Source: a virus
Lineage: Duplodnaviria; Heunggongvirae; Uroviricota; Caudoviricetes
Length of the DNA: 43,000 bases
Reading direction: 5' to 3' (one strand)
Virus record (IMG/VR): IMGVR_UViG_3300021387_000463
Location: 1 to 43,000 of that record
Below are positions 1 through 9,452 of the stretch, piece after piece; the stretch's first letter is position 1, and each line of letters begins with the position of its first letter. Under the pieces are notes generated by a model. That model was not told the origin of the DNA and did no database searches. It worked only from the letters and a program-made list of their open reading frames with translations. The position numbers and the translations under genes were made by a program.

Positions 1-1557
1 GACTTTGACTTGATTATGTCGGTCACAGAATCAACTCTAGATGACCTTGTGAACAAGAAAGAAGCCGATAGGGGAAGACTTTTATCAAGATGGATAGGTT
101 TACTACCACTTGAGGAAAAGGACAAGCTAGCGAGGGAAAAGTTCAACACTGAGATTAAACCTATGTTGTTATCAAATAGGTATAACGAGGAAACAATGCT
201 CCAAGAGATTGAAGCTTTTGAATTGCAGAAGAAGACCTTAACAGAGGAGAACAAGAAGCTAGAGAAAGAGAATAAGGCTCTTGATAAGGAAATAGATACA
301 TTGGAGAAGAGCAAGGAGACATTATTGGCTTCAAAGTCTGTAATAGACAACAATATTCTTAAGATTGATATTACTACATTAAATAAGAAGATAGAAGATA
401 GTATATTCAATGGGAAGAAAAAGAAAGAAGAAATCGAAGATATTAATAAGGAACTCAGTGGAATTGGAGATATTGAATTCTCTGTTGAGGAATATGACAC
501 TACTCAAGCAGAATTGACAAAACTTACTGGAGAGATTGCTGTTATGAGAGAGAGGTATAAGAATACCGAACACAACATACAGCACCTTAAATCAAGCGAG
601 ATTTGTCCCACATGCGGAAGAAAACTAGACAATGTGGACAATTCAGCAAAGATAAAGGAGTTTACCGAGGAACTTGAGAAGCTTGCTGTTGACGGAAAGA
701 AGAAGAGTGAGTTAAAGACGAAGTTAACAGCTAAGATTGAACAACTCAAGATTGATAGAGAAAAATACAACAAAAAATCGAATCTCACTATTAAGAAAGC
801 AGCGTTGGAGGTTAATGTCGAAAAGCTACGTGCTGAATACCAAGAATACAAGGCGACAAAGACTGAATACGATAAAAATAGCGAGGCAATTGACAAAAAT
901 AACGCAATTGACATTCAGATTCGTAATAATGATGTATTTATACGAGATAAGAGAAATACTAGAGATACCAATGCAAATTTCATTGCAAGGCATGAGACAG
1001 AGATAAAGAATTACGATAGACAAGTGGAGGACAGACGAGAGGTAATCAAGAAATTGCAAGAGGAAGAGAAACTTGTTCGAAACTGGAAGATTTATCTTGA
1101 ACTTGTTGGTAAGGATGGTATTTCAAAGATGGTTCTCAGAAAGACATTACCAATAATCAATGCGAAGTTGTCTAAGCTTTTGGGCGATGTATGTGACTTT
1201 GATGTTGAGGTGGCGATAAACCAGAAGAATGATGTGATGTTCTATCTAATCAAAGATGGCATCTATTCAGACTTAAGCAGTGGTAGTGGATTTGAGCTTA
1301 CGGCTAGTGGTATAGCACTGAGAGCAGTACTTTCAGAGCTTTCAACGATACCACGCAGCTCAATTCTAACATATGATGAGATTTGGGGACGTGTAGCGAA
1401 AGCAAATTATGAGAACATGAAAAATCTTATTGAGAAGGTTGCAAAACAATATGATGCGGTATTCTTGATAAGTCACTCTGACGAGGTACGTGATTGGTGT
1501 GATTGCCATGTATCTGTTATGAAAGAAAATAACATTTCAAAGGTGGTTTTGAAATGA
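1..1557 (+). CDS. Rad50/SbcC-like (T4 gp46-like) recombination ATPase, C-terminal part; 5' truncated by window
   Basis: Long coiled coil with zinc hook CPTCG, ABC signature-like LSSGSGFE, Walker B LTYDE, H-loop LISH; frame open from base 1. Confidence 0.9.
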   Translation, partial: DFDLIMSVTESTLDDLVNKKEADRGRLLSRWIGLLPLEEKDKLAREKFNTEIKPMLLSNRYNEETMLQEIEAFELQKKTLTEENKKLEKENKALDKEIDTLEKSKETLLASKSVIDNNILKIDITTLNKKIEDSIFNGKKKKEEIEDINKELSGIGDIEFSVEEYDTTQAELTKLTGEIAVMRERYKNTEHNIQHLKSSEICPTCGRKLDNVDNSAKIKEFTEELEKLAVDGKKKSELKTKLTAKIEQLKIDREKYNKKSNLTIKKAALEVNVEKLRAEYQEYKATKTEYDKNSEAIDKNNAIDIQIRNNDVFIRDKRNTRDTNANFIARHETEIKNYDRQVEDRREVIKKLQEEEKLVRNWKIYLELVGKDGISKMVLRKTLPIINAKLSKLLGDVCDFDVEVAINQKNDVMFYLIKDGIYSDLSSGSGFELTASGIALRAVLSELSTIPRSSILTYDEIWGRVAKANYENMKNLIEKVAKQYDAVFLISHSDEVRDWCDCHVSVMKENNISKVVLK

Positions 1558-1574
1558 GTGTTTAACCAATCAAT

Positions 1575-2300
1575 ATGAATCAATACGCAAATGACTTTAC
1601 AAGCACAGTTAAAATCTATTACGATGACCTAAAAAAGTATAAGCCATTAACAAAGGCGAAAGAAAAAAGACTACTTAAACTTTCAAGAAAGGGTAATTTA
1701 AAGGCCAAGAATGAAATATTGGAGGCAAATTTGAAGTTTGTTTTCGATATTGCCAAACACTACACTGGTCGTGGACTTTCAATTTCAGAACTTATTTCAG
1801 AGGGAAATATGGGTTTATTGAGAGCTATTGAGAAGTTTGATGAAGAAAAGGATATTAAGTTTATTTCCTATGCCGTGTGGTGGATAAGGCAAGCAATGTT
1901 GGAAGCCATCAAGAAGAAGAAAATGCTTATGATGGTTGAGATTGACCCAACGGACTCCAATGATAACATCTTTGAACGCAAGATAGCTGATGATGAAGAT
2001 GAAAGAATTGGAGGGGCTAGTGATGTTGGTTTTTCAAATGAAGCCGAAGAGTATAAGAAGGAATTAAAAGCGAATCAGAAGGAAGTGATTGGAAAGCTTC
2101 TAAATTCACTTAACTCAAGGGAAAAGGAGATTATAGAACATTACTATGGTCTCAGTAATAAGAGGGAGTTAACATTGAATGAGATTGGAAAGAAATACAA
2201 TCTTAGTTCTGAGAGAGTTAGACAAGTAAAGCTAACCGCAATAAGAAAGCTTCGTTCATCAATGATGATGTATGATGATATGGAAGAATTATTGAGTTAA
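1575..2300 (+). CDS. RNA polymerase sigma70-family factor
   Basis: Region 1.2-like start, region 2 (LISEGNMGLLRAIEKFD, KFISYAVWWIRQAM) and region 4 HTH (LTLNEIGKKYNLSSERVRQ). Confidence 0.93.
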   Translation: MNQYANDFTSTVKIYYDDLKKYKPLTKAKEKRLLKLSRKGNLKAKNEILEANLKFVFDIAKHYTGRGLSISELISEGNMGLLRAIEKFDEEKDIKFISYAVWWIRQAMLEAIKKKKMLMMVEIDPTDSNDNIFERKIADDEDERIGGASDVGFSNEAEEYKKELKANQKEVIGKLLNSLNSREKEIIEHYYGLSNKRELTLNEIGKKYNLSSERVRQVKLTAIRKLRSSMMMYDDMEELLS

Positions 2301-2326
2301 TAATATTTATATATAATAAAAGAGTT

Positions 2327-2755
2327 ATGGTAAAAAAGGAAACAACAAAGAAGAAGACAGCTAAGAAGTCAACGACTAAGAATAGTATTATAAAGGAAGT
2401 TGCTGAGAGCATTATCAATGAGGAAAAGATGGATTTGGTTGAACAAGACCCACCAATTGAACAAGAATATCTAGATGCAATTGTTGAGAATATGGCAACG
2501 GCAGAACCATTCATAGAGAAAAAGGAACTAGAATATGAGCCAACAGAAGAACAAATTCAAAAGGCTATTGAGTTTATGAATGGAGACCCAAGTGTAATCA
2601 TTCCTTCAAATGATATTGAACTTAAGAAGACTGATGAAATTGAGGAAGCAGCTTTCAAACAGACATTCAAGACTGTTAAATTAGAAAATAAGAAACCTAG
2701 AAGAATAAACAACATGTTTGGATATTCTTGGAATGGAATAGAAATGGATTTTTAA
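2327..2755 (+). CDS. hypothetical protein (basic N-terminus, acidic core)
   Basis: 142-aa ORF 16 nt after TATTTAT motif. Confidence 0.7.
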   Translation: MVKKETTKKKTAKKSTTKNSIIKEVAESIINEEKMDLVEQDPPIEQEYLDAIVENMATAEPFIEKKELEYEPTEEQIQKAIEFMNGDPSVIIPSNDIELKKTDEIEEAAFKQTFKTVKLENKKPRRINNMFGYSWNGIEMDF

Positions 2756-2759
2756 TCAA

Positions 2760-3335
2760 ATGAACGAAAACAGTATGACAAGAAAGATGCTCGACACTTT
2801 GAGAAAGGGAAGGGTTGAGCAAGCTAGAAAGGCAGCAGAACAATTTGTAACCGAAGAAAAAGAGAATGACAATTTCTTGACAATGGCAAGAATTCTCATG
2901 GAGGAAGCTGTTGAAGATTCTAAAAAAAAAATCTTAACTGAGGAAGAAGAGGTTGATGATGACCACAAGGATTCCTTCGAGATTAATAAGGGAACTCCAC
3001 AATTCGGTGATGTTAGGGTATCACAAGAGGAAGCAATCAGAAAGGCCATCAATAATAATGTACAATTCTCAGATGGTGCTTTGAAGTACTATCCAAAGGC
3101 TGATGATATGACATTGGATGGTAAAATACCTTCATTGAATCTTGATTTCCAATTCAGATATAATGACCCATCTGGTGATGGTTGTTATGTTTGGACTGAT
3201 GCAATGCAGCTTACAGACACCAATGCAAGAACATTGGGAAAGATTAGGGACGCATTCTCAAACTGGAAGGATTCAATCACTCAAGATGGTGACTTGATGG
3301 AGAAATTAAAGAAAGCAGCAGAAAATAAGGATTAA
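2760..3335 (+). CDS. hypothetical protein, possibly virion-associated
   Basis: 191-aa ORF tightly packed after previous gene; several (L/V)xE motifs in N-terminal third. Confidence 0.65.
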   Translation: MNENSMTRKMLDTLRKGRVEQARKAAEQFVTEEKENDNFLTMARILMEEAVEDSKKKILTEEEEVDDDHKDSFEINKGTPQFGDVRVSQEEAIRKAINNNVQFSDGALKYYPKADDMTLDGKIPSLNLDFQFRYNDPSGDGCYVWTDAMQLTDTNARTLGKIRDAFSNWKDSITQDGDLMEKLKKAAENKD

Positions 3336-3342
3336 TATAAAT

Positions 3343-3543
3343 ATGAAAGTAGAGTTAAAGGAAATTATTAATCAATTGTCAGAAGCGATACAATTAGATA
3401 ATGGCACGAAAGTATCTGCTATAATTGATGGAAACAGTATTGTAGGTTGGACTATTGTAACTGTATTTGATGATGGCACAATAAAGCCTATAAATGACAA
3501 GGTTTACAAAAATTTAAAAGAATTGCTATACGCTAAAATGTAA
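3343..3543 (+). CDS. hypothetical protein
   Basis: 66-aa ORF in operon, followed by terminator hairpin. Confidence 0.6.
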   Translation: MKVELKEIINQLSEAIQLDNGTKVSAIIDGNSIVGWTIVTVFDDGTIKPINDKVYKNLKELLYAKM

Positions 3544-3552
3544 TAAATGTTA

Positions 3553-3590
3553 AAAATTGGATTGATTTTTGGTCAGTCCAATTTTTTTTT
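3553..3590 (+). terminator. intrinsic terminator overlapping a host-type promoter
   Basis: attggattga / tcagtccaat stem followed by T-run. Confidence 0.65.
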
Positions 3591-3599
3591 GTATCTTTA
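3568..3599 (+). promoter_or_regulatory. Bacteroidota sigmaA-type promoter (-33 TTTG, -7 TATCTTTA)
   Basis: TTTG 3568-3571, 20-nt spacer, TATCTTTA 3592-3599. Confidence 0.65.
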
Positions 3600-3685
3600 C
3601 ACCATAAGATTCAGTTATGATGTTTGCAATGCGGTTGTATGTGAATATAAAACAGTAGAATTAATTAGAAAACATTTGAAAGAAA

Positions 3686-4432
3686 ATGGAAGAGAAGGTT
3701 AATGAAGATAGAGTTAAAAAGGTATTGACTCTTTCAGATAAAGAGGTAGATGAATGGTGGGAGAATAAGTTTAAGGAAATGCTCAGAAAGAAGCATGATG
3801 AGGTGAAGGAACACCCATTCTGGCGCACTTTTTCTAAGGATTTCCATATCGATTGTTTGGATAAGATGAGAGATATGCTTAATACTTTCATTGAACATTT
3901 CAATAAGGAAAGTCTCGAAAGATGCCCTCAAGCTGTTATCATGATTGAGTTGATGCATAATATCTTTGATAGTATCTTAAAGGCAAAGATTATGCAGAAG
4001 AATCAGCATACGACCATCATGGAAACCAATGCATTCGGCAATTATGTTCTTTGTCTTCAGACAGCATTGCAGTTGGTACACAATTATCTCGATAACATTT
4101 ACATTGAGAGGGATGTCGTAGGCTATGACCCATACCTTAGTTGGGACAAGGAAAAAGATACCTATGATTCTTGTACCTATAAGACATTTACCGCACTAGA
4201 GAATGGCGATGGTACATACAGACTTGTGCAATTTATCAACAAAGATGAAGTTGATAAGCTTGCTGAATGGAATATGGACTGTGCTAAGTTCCATGCTGAA
4301 AGAGCAAAGGAATTTGCTGAGAGAGGTAGCAAGGATTATGCAGAGTACCAGTTAAAGGAGGCTGAGTATTATAAAGAAAAATACGAGGATTTGGTTGATA
4401 ACAAGGAGAAACATTATATTATAAAGTCATGA
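3686..4432 (+). CDS. hypothetical protein
   Basis: 248-aa ORF after host-type promoter. Confidence 0.7.
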   Translation: MEEKVNEDRVKKVLTLSDKEVDEWWENKFKEMLRKKHDEVKEHPFWRTFSKDFHIDCLDKMRDMLNTFIEHFNKESLERCPQAVIMIELMHNIFDSILKAKIMQKNQHTTIMETNAFGNYVLCLQTALQLVHNYLDNIYIERDVVGYDPYLSWDKEKDTYDSCTYKTFTALENGDGTYRLVQFINKDEVDKLAEWNMDCAKFHAERAKEFAERGSKDYAEYQLKEAEYYKEKYEDLVDNKEKHYIIKS

Positions 4433-4902
4433 TAACGGAAGATAGTTGGTATTATATTGATTTAGTATCGATTTTAACGACAACTGATAGTGTTAAAATT
4501 GTTGCAAGGGATTGTAAGCACATTCTTGTTGAGGTTTGCTCACATAAAGCTTACTCAGATTTGTTCCCATATTATTCAGTGATGTGGTGTTTCAGAAGTA
4601 AAACTGATAGTATTTCTAAAGGGTTTTATGACTCTTATGTTAAGCAGAATCTTACTCGTAAGCAATATATTCTGTTTGACTTATCAAAACCATTCACGAT
4701 TTTTAGTAGACTAGATGATTCTGACTTATCTTGTATAACTTTTACAACTGAAATTCCTAAGAAGAAAAGTGAGGAAGCTAACCTAATAGATGGTTCTCAA
4801 GTTATATTCGCTTTTTCACGGAGTGAAAGTAATATTGCCATTCCAAGTAGTGATTTGTATTTAAAGTTTATTGATACTATCAATAGTTTGTTATCAAAAT
4901 GA
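4429..4902 (+). CDS. hypothetical protein
   Basis: 157-aa ORF with ATGA overlaps at both ends. Confidence 0.65.
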   Translation: MITEDSWYYIDLVSILTTTDSVKIVARDCKHILVEVCSHKAYSDLFPYYSVMWCFRSKTDSISKGFYDSYVKQNLTRKQYILFDLSKPFTIFSRLDDSDLSCITFTTEIPKKKSEEANLIDGSQVIFAFSRSESNIAIPSSDLYLKFIDTINSLLSK

Positions 4903-5297
4903 ACAAATTAACAGTTAAGCAGTTGAATTTTAAGACCACTAGATACCGTTTGGAGAATGAGGATGGGACTTTGTTATCTAGTTTGGAAATCGATAGAGAG
5001 TACATGACAAAGACTAGGAGAGAGTGCCTAGGCTTCCCAATTGAGGATAGTGTTTATTATCTCTGTAACTTTCATACTCCACGAGACCGAAGGCGTAAGG
5101 GTTATGGTAGAGAGCTACTTAACCGAATAAAGGAAGAGACAAAGGGACAGTTTATTTATCTCATTGTTCATTTTGCATATGAGGATATATTTCCTGATGA
5201 GAAACTAGTTGAATTCTATAAATCAGTTGGGTTTAAGGTTCACGAACAGAAAGACGAATACAAGTGTTACACTTGGATGGTTTTAGATAATAGATAA
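4899..5297 (+). CDS. GNAT-family N-acetyltransferase
   Basis: Acetyl-CoA motif A RRRKGYGRELL and C-terminal LVEFYKSVGF. Confidence 0.85.
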   Translation: MNKLTVKQLNFKTTRYRLENEDGTLLSSLEIDREYMTKTRRECLGFPIEDSVYYLCNFHTPRDRRRKGYGRELLNRIKEETKGQFIYLIVHFAYEDIFPDEKLVEFYKSVGFKVHEQKDEYKCYTWMVLDNR

Positions 5298-5311
5298 AAG
5301 TTTTAAACATT

Positions 5312-5674
5312 ATGAATTTGAACGAATTAAGAAAAAAGGTAATTGAAACCATCGATTCATGCTATATGCTTGAAGATGGTAAGATTTATGAATTCAAAAT
5401 TCATGTTAATCTAAAAGGAGATAAGAATGTTTCTGCAATTTATGATGAAGAACCAAAGTCGTTTACCATTGGTTTTGAGTATCCAAATCACAAAAAAGTA
5501 TGGAAGCCTGATTATGCTAAACCATTCATTGATGTTATGGGTATTGAAAATAATGGCAAACTCATATTGACAGACTTTAATCAAGGTGGGTGGGATGTTC
5601 CTAACAGATGGTTCACTATTCACGGTGATTTTTTCTTAACCAAGGAAAATGCTGAATCATTTAAAGGGTGCTAG
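5312..5674 (+). CDS. hypothetical protein
   Basis: 120-aa ORF ending in terminator. Confidence 0.65.
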   Translation: MNLNELRKKVIETIDSCYMLEDGKIYEFKIHVNLKGDKNVSAIYDEEPKSFTIGFEYPNHKKVWKPDYAKPFIDVMGIENNGKLILTDFNQGGWDVPNRWFTIHGDFFLTKENAESFKGC

Positions 5675-5692
5675 AAATAGCATCCTTTTTTT
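5664..5692 (+). terminator. intrinsic terminator
   Basis: aagggtgcta-gaaa-tagcatcctt followed by T-run. Confidence 0.8.
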
Positions 5693-5725
5693 GTTATTAT
5701 GATATTTATATAAAAATAATGTTAT

Positions 5726-5935
5726 ATGATTTCAGAGAACAGAATAAGAGAGATTATCAATGAGGAATTAAGCAAGACTGAGGTTGAATCAATTGTATCC
5801 AACCGTCTATCTTCTGCCTATAACTCAAGGGACTTTAAGAAAGCGGTTAAGGACATAACAGCAGATGTCATTGAAGACTTATTCCGTACCTTGTGGAATC
5901 GTAGTAGCACATGGAAGGGAGGAGTAACTAGATGA
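5726..5935 (+). CDS. hypothetical protein with ISE...IINEE leader
   Basis: 69-aa ORF 16 nt after TATTTAT. Confidence 0.65.
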   Translation: MISENRIREIINEELSKTEVESIVSNRLSSAYNSRDFKKAVKDITADVIEDLFRTLWNRSSTWKGGVTR

Positions 5936-6525
5936 AGTTAATACACATCAATGAGGCAGTATTCAACAGACTCCTAGAAGACAACAGAAGACCACCTTTT
6001 CAAGACTTTTACGACAGCGTTGTTGCGTTCATAGAGGGAATGCGCAAAGACCCTATAGGAACAGTCCCAAACGAGCTTTTAAAGGGCTGTGGGCTTCATA
6101 ATGGAGAGCTTAGAAAGAAACTCTATGACTATGGAATAATCACTAAGGACGAAAGGATTGATGAGCCATATGATGAAACAACTGGACGCCAGCAGTCTCG
6201 TTATTACGTAACATACGATTGGTCTGAGAGAATTAAGAAGGAAATGAAGAATAAGGAGAGAGTTGGCAACCCTATCAAAAAAGCATTTATAAGGAAGTTG
6301 TATAATGACCATTTCGGCATCAATGAGGCTTATCACACATCAAAGGGTGTAATGCTTCATGACAACGACCTAGAGAATGATATAAACATGAGGGGACAAA
6401 TAGATACGATGCTTAATTCTCCTTTAACAATGGGTGTGATAAGTGATGAGTCGGCACCTGAGTATGTTAAACAAGCAACTGACATTTACAATAATAAAAT
6501 TAATAAAAACAGAAAAAAGATATGA
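5932..6525 (+). CDS. hypothetical protein with leader-like N-terminus (MKLIHINEAVFNRLLE)
   Basis: 197-aa ORF coupled to previous gene. Confidence 0.65.
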   Translation: MKLIHINEAVFNRLLEDNRRPPFQDFYDSVVAFIEGMRKDPIGTVPNELLKGCGLHNGELRKKLYDYGIITKDERIDEPYDETTGRQQSRYYVTYDWSERIKKEMKNKERVGNPIKKAFIRKLYNDHFGINEAYHTSKGVMLHDNDLENDINMRGQIDTMLNSPLTMGVISDESAPEYVKQATDIYNNKINKNRKKI

Positions 6526-6695
6526 AAGAAAAATTAAGAACTCTTGAATTCTACGGTTTTGATGATGACAATACAATGTATGATGTAAACTCATACCCTA
6601 TTTCAGACGTTAAGGAAATTAAGAACAAGAAATATATCAGACCTGATGAGGAAGAGCCAGAGTCAGAATCTGGTGATACTGAAACTAATAATTAA
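6522..6695 (+). CDS. small acidic hypothetical protein (57 aa, not in ORF track)
   Basis: ATGA overlap with upstream stop; MKEKLRTLEFYGF...ESGDTETNN. Confidence 0.55.
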   Translation: MKEKLRTLEFYGFDDDNTMYDVNSYPISDVKEIKNKKYIRPDEEEPESESGDTETNN

Positions 6696-6721
6696 TTATT
6701 AACATAAAAAGAGATAAAATC

Positions 6722-7126
6722 ATGAATAAGCCTATTCAATTAACAGAGCAAGACCTTCACATGTTGGTGGAGGACGCAGTAAAAACATACCTAACAGAGA
6801 ACGGTATGGACGAAGGATGGTTTGGTGACAAGTGGAATCAAACTAAGACAGCAGCTAATACCATGTTTCAAGGAAACAAAGGAGCTGGTTTGAAACAGAA
6901 ATTCAATAATGCTAGACAGAATTGGAACACCCAAGGCCAGTTGAATGGATTGAACAATTTAAGACAGCAACTTGAGCAGTTCATTGATTCTGGACAGCTA
7001 AATCCACAGATGACAATTGCGCAACTTGTTGGCGGTAAGTACAATGGTAACAAGTTTGGCAGAATGAGTGGTATGATTGGAAATAGACAATCTCAGATTT
7101 CTAAAAGAGGTGGTCAATACAACTAA
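6722..7126 (+). CDS. hypothetical protein with LTEQDLH leader, Gln/Asn/Gly-rich
   Basis: MNKPIQLTEQDLHMLVEDAVKTYLTE resembles the shared leader. Confidence 0.7.
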   Translation: MNKPIQLTEQDLHMLVEDAVKTYLTENGMDEGWFGDKWNQTKTAANTMFQGNKGAGLKQKFNNARQNWNTQGQLNGLNNLRQQLEQFIDSGQLNPQMTIAQLVGGKYNGNKFGRMSGMIGNRQSQISKRGGQYN

Positions 7127-7133
7127 AAACAAT

Positions 7134-7169
7134 AAAAATCCAAGAGAGTTAACCTTTCTTGGATTTTTT
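7134..7169. terminator. bidirectional intrinsic terminator between convergent genes
   Basis: aaaaatccaagagag-ttaac-ctttcttggattttt, A-run before and T-run after. Confidence 0.75.
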
Positions 7170-7538
7170 CTTAAGTGGACAACTGCTTATTGTAATTCCT
7201 AAATTAAATTCCTTGTTTAATTGATGCATCTTTTTTCTAAACTGAAATCCATGTTTAAAGAAAAGATATTCATTTTTCTTTTTAATTGACTTCACGTAAT
7301 GATGAATCATTTCGTGTACAATTACCTCACGCAATACTTCTTCAGTCCAATCAACGTCATTGGTAATCCATATTTTGCCGTGAACAGTACCATCATCATC
7401 TTGTTTGTTTGTATAACGACCATATGTACATTTATCTAATTTAATATAATGGCAGTCGCACATAGATAATTCCCCATTAAAGTACATTTTGTTGTACTTC
7501 TTGTATAATTCCTTTATTAATTCTTTTGTAACTTTCAT
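7149..7538 (-). CDS. SprT-like zinc metalloprotease
   Basis: N-terminal YNKMYFNGEL, HEMIH zinc motif, HGFQF. Confidence 0.85.
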   Translation of the reverse strand: MKVTKELIKELYKKYNKMYFNGELSMCDCHYIKLDKCTYGRYTNKQDDDGTVHGKIWITNDVDWTEEVLREVIVHEMIHHYVKSIKKKNEYLFFKHGFQFRKKMHQLNKEFNLGITISSCPLKKKSKKG

Positions 7539-7542
7539 GTTG

Positions 7543-7574
7543 TAAAGATACGAAATTTCCTATAAATAGCCAAA
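7543..7574 (-). promoter_or_regulatory. Bacteroidota sigmaA-type promoter driving SprT gene (near-leaderless)
   Basis: Minus strand TTTG, 20-nt spacer, TATCTTTA, then ATG 4 nt later. Confidence 0.65.
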
Positions 7575-7650
7575 TATTAAATGTTAAACTATGTTTAACA
7601 AAAATTTTGGTATAAGTGTGATATTTATATTTAAATAACTGTCTTTAGAT

Positions 7651-8436
7651 ATGAAGAAAATAATAAGACTTACAGAGAGTGACTTACATAGAATCGTCAA
7701 GGAATCTGTATATAGAATACTGCAAGAGGATGGTCTAGGTGGGACAACATCATGTGCTGGAGTATATGATACCCCTAGCAGCACTGGAACATACGAAGGT
7801 GGTAAGGCTCAGAGTAAAGAGGTTACAGATTATCCTTTAGGTGGCGTTATAAGAAAGGGTCACAATCTTGGTAATCCGACTAAAAAAAAAGAAAAAGGAA
7901 TTGACATGACACCAGCCACAGATAGAAGTGGTGGAAAGAATCATTCTATTGCTATAAACTATGTTGGAGAGTCTGCTATTCATGAGGCTGTAGAAGAAGG
8001 AATCGGAAATTGGTTAAAGGGTGCAGCACTTGGTGGTATGATGGCAATGTCAAACCCACAAGCAGCTCAAGCACAGAACCATCAATACCAAGAGAATCCT
8101 TATGTTAATGGTGTTGAACAAGTTAACCATCCTTATTCCCAGAAATATGACATATCATATGATAACGAGGAAAGCAAATCATTGATATATGATTTATTAA
8201 GGAATAATGCAGCATATGACTCTAGATGGGGAAAGGGAATAACACCAGAGGTATTTGCTAAGATTCAAAAGTACCCTAAATATGATATGAAGACTCCAAT
8301 TGAAGCATTCTTGAAAGCAAATAAGGATTTGATAAAAAGATGCGGTGGCAATGTAGGTGGTGTTGAATCAGATGTCACATTCGTATATGCTAATGGAGGC
8401 TATTACTTAGTTCCTAGTGATATTAACATGTTATGA
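7651..8436 (+). CDS. hypothetical protein with MKKIIRLTESDLH leader
   Basis: N-terminus MKKIIRLTESDLHRIVKESVYRILQE; preceded by TATTTAT. Confidence 0.75.
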   Translation: MKKIIRLTESDLHRIVKESVYRILQEDGLGGTTSCAGVYDTPSSTGTYEGGKAQSKEVTDYPLGGVIRKGHNLGNPTKKKEKGIDMTPATDRSGGKNHSIAINYVGESAIHEAVEEGIGNWLKGAALGGMMAMSNPQAAQAQNHQYQENPYVNGVEQVNHPYSQKYDISYDNEESKSLIYDLLRNNAAYDSRWGKGITPEVFAKIQKYPKYDMKTPIEAFLKANKDLIKRCGGNVGGVESDVTFVYANGGYYLVPSDINML

Positions 8437-8594
8437 TAGATTACGAAACAAATGAAGAGGCAATCAAGAGGGTTCGTGAGATTGATGAACAACTCAAGGA
8501 AGAAAATGAAAAAGAGGTTGCCGACAATAAGAAAGTGACTCAACTTATGTTTGAGCAATTGTTAAGGGGATTATACATAAATCAATACAGATAA
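8433..8594 (+). CDS. small hypothetical protein (53 aa, not in ORF track)
   Basis: ATGA overlap; MIDYETNEEAIKRVREID...; fills gap in operon. Confidence 0.55.
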   Translation: MIDYETNEEAIKRVREIDEQLKEENEKEVADNKKVTQLMFEQLLRGLYINQYR

Positions 8595-8606
8595 AATAAA
8601 TTAATT

Positions 8607-9428
8607 ATGGTAACAAAGATTAACGTAGGCGATTTGAGAAGAGTTATCAAGGAAAGTCAAAACGAGTTCAAACCAGTTGTTTTTGGAATGGATAAGTCTA
8701 AGGAAATCAACGACAAGGCTTACAGTGATACCAAGAAGGAAACCGAGAAGTATGACGGTGGACTTACAAAGGACAAGAAGACACTTGGTGGAGGTATTTC
8801 TGCCACAGACAACAAAGGTATGCATGATTTGACCTATGATAGCATCAACAAGCCTTTCCAAGACAGAGTTAAGTCTCAGATGAAGGGCTATCCATCAAAG
8901 GATGCAGAGACCAAACATAAGGGTGAACCTTTTGGAAATGCAACATTTGATGATGAAGGTAATATTTATAAAGCAGCAGTTGACCATGCTGAAGCTGTTA
9001 AGGACGGTAAGGACGCAGCAGTTGAAATTGGTCTAACAGGTAGAGAACTTAATAAAACTGAAGTAGAAAAAAATAGGAAAACAATGGGAGAATCAAAGAA
9101 AATCAAGATGCTTACCTTTAAGAATACACAATTTATCTCTGAGAATCATATGATGACTAGAATTCCAGATGAGTATAAGACAGAAGGTAACAGATTCGTA
9201 ATGAAAGACAGTGCTGATAACCAGTATCTTGTTGAGTGGCACACAACGGAGCCAGTAGTTACTAAAAAGCCTAACATGACTTTGGTAAATGAGCAGAAGG
9301 AGAGAATGAAGCAGCTTTGGAATTATCACTATGCAGAGGCTAAGACTTCAACTTCTAATTTCAGAGTACAAGAAGACAAGGGCTTCACCGACATGGTAAA
9401 TAAGGCTAGAAAGTTAATGAAGGATTAA
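8607..9428 (+). CDS. hypothetical protein, possibly virion/prohead-associated
   Basis: Leader-like MVTKINVGDLRRVIKES and internal VNEQKERMKQL motif. Confidence 0.65.
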   Translation: MVTKINVGDLRRVIKESQNEFKPVVFGMDKSKEINDKAYSDTKKETEKYDGGLTKDKKTLGGGISATDNKGMHDLTYDSINKPFQDRVKSQMKGYPSKDAETKHKGEPFGNATFDDEGNIYKAAVDHAEAVKDGKDAAVEIGLTGRELNKTEVEKNRKTMGESKKIKMLTFKNTQFISENHMMTRIPDEYKTEGNRFVMKDSADNQYLVEWHTTEPVVTKKPNMTLVNEQKERMKQLWNYHYAEAKTSTSNFRVQEDKGFTDMVNKARKLMKD

Positions 9429-9452
9429 TAAAGATTTAATATTAGTATAGAA

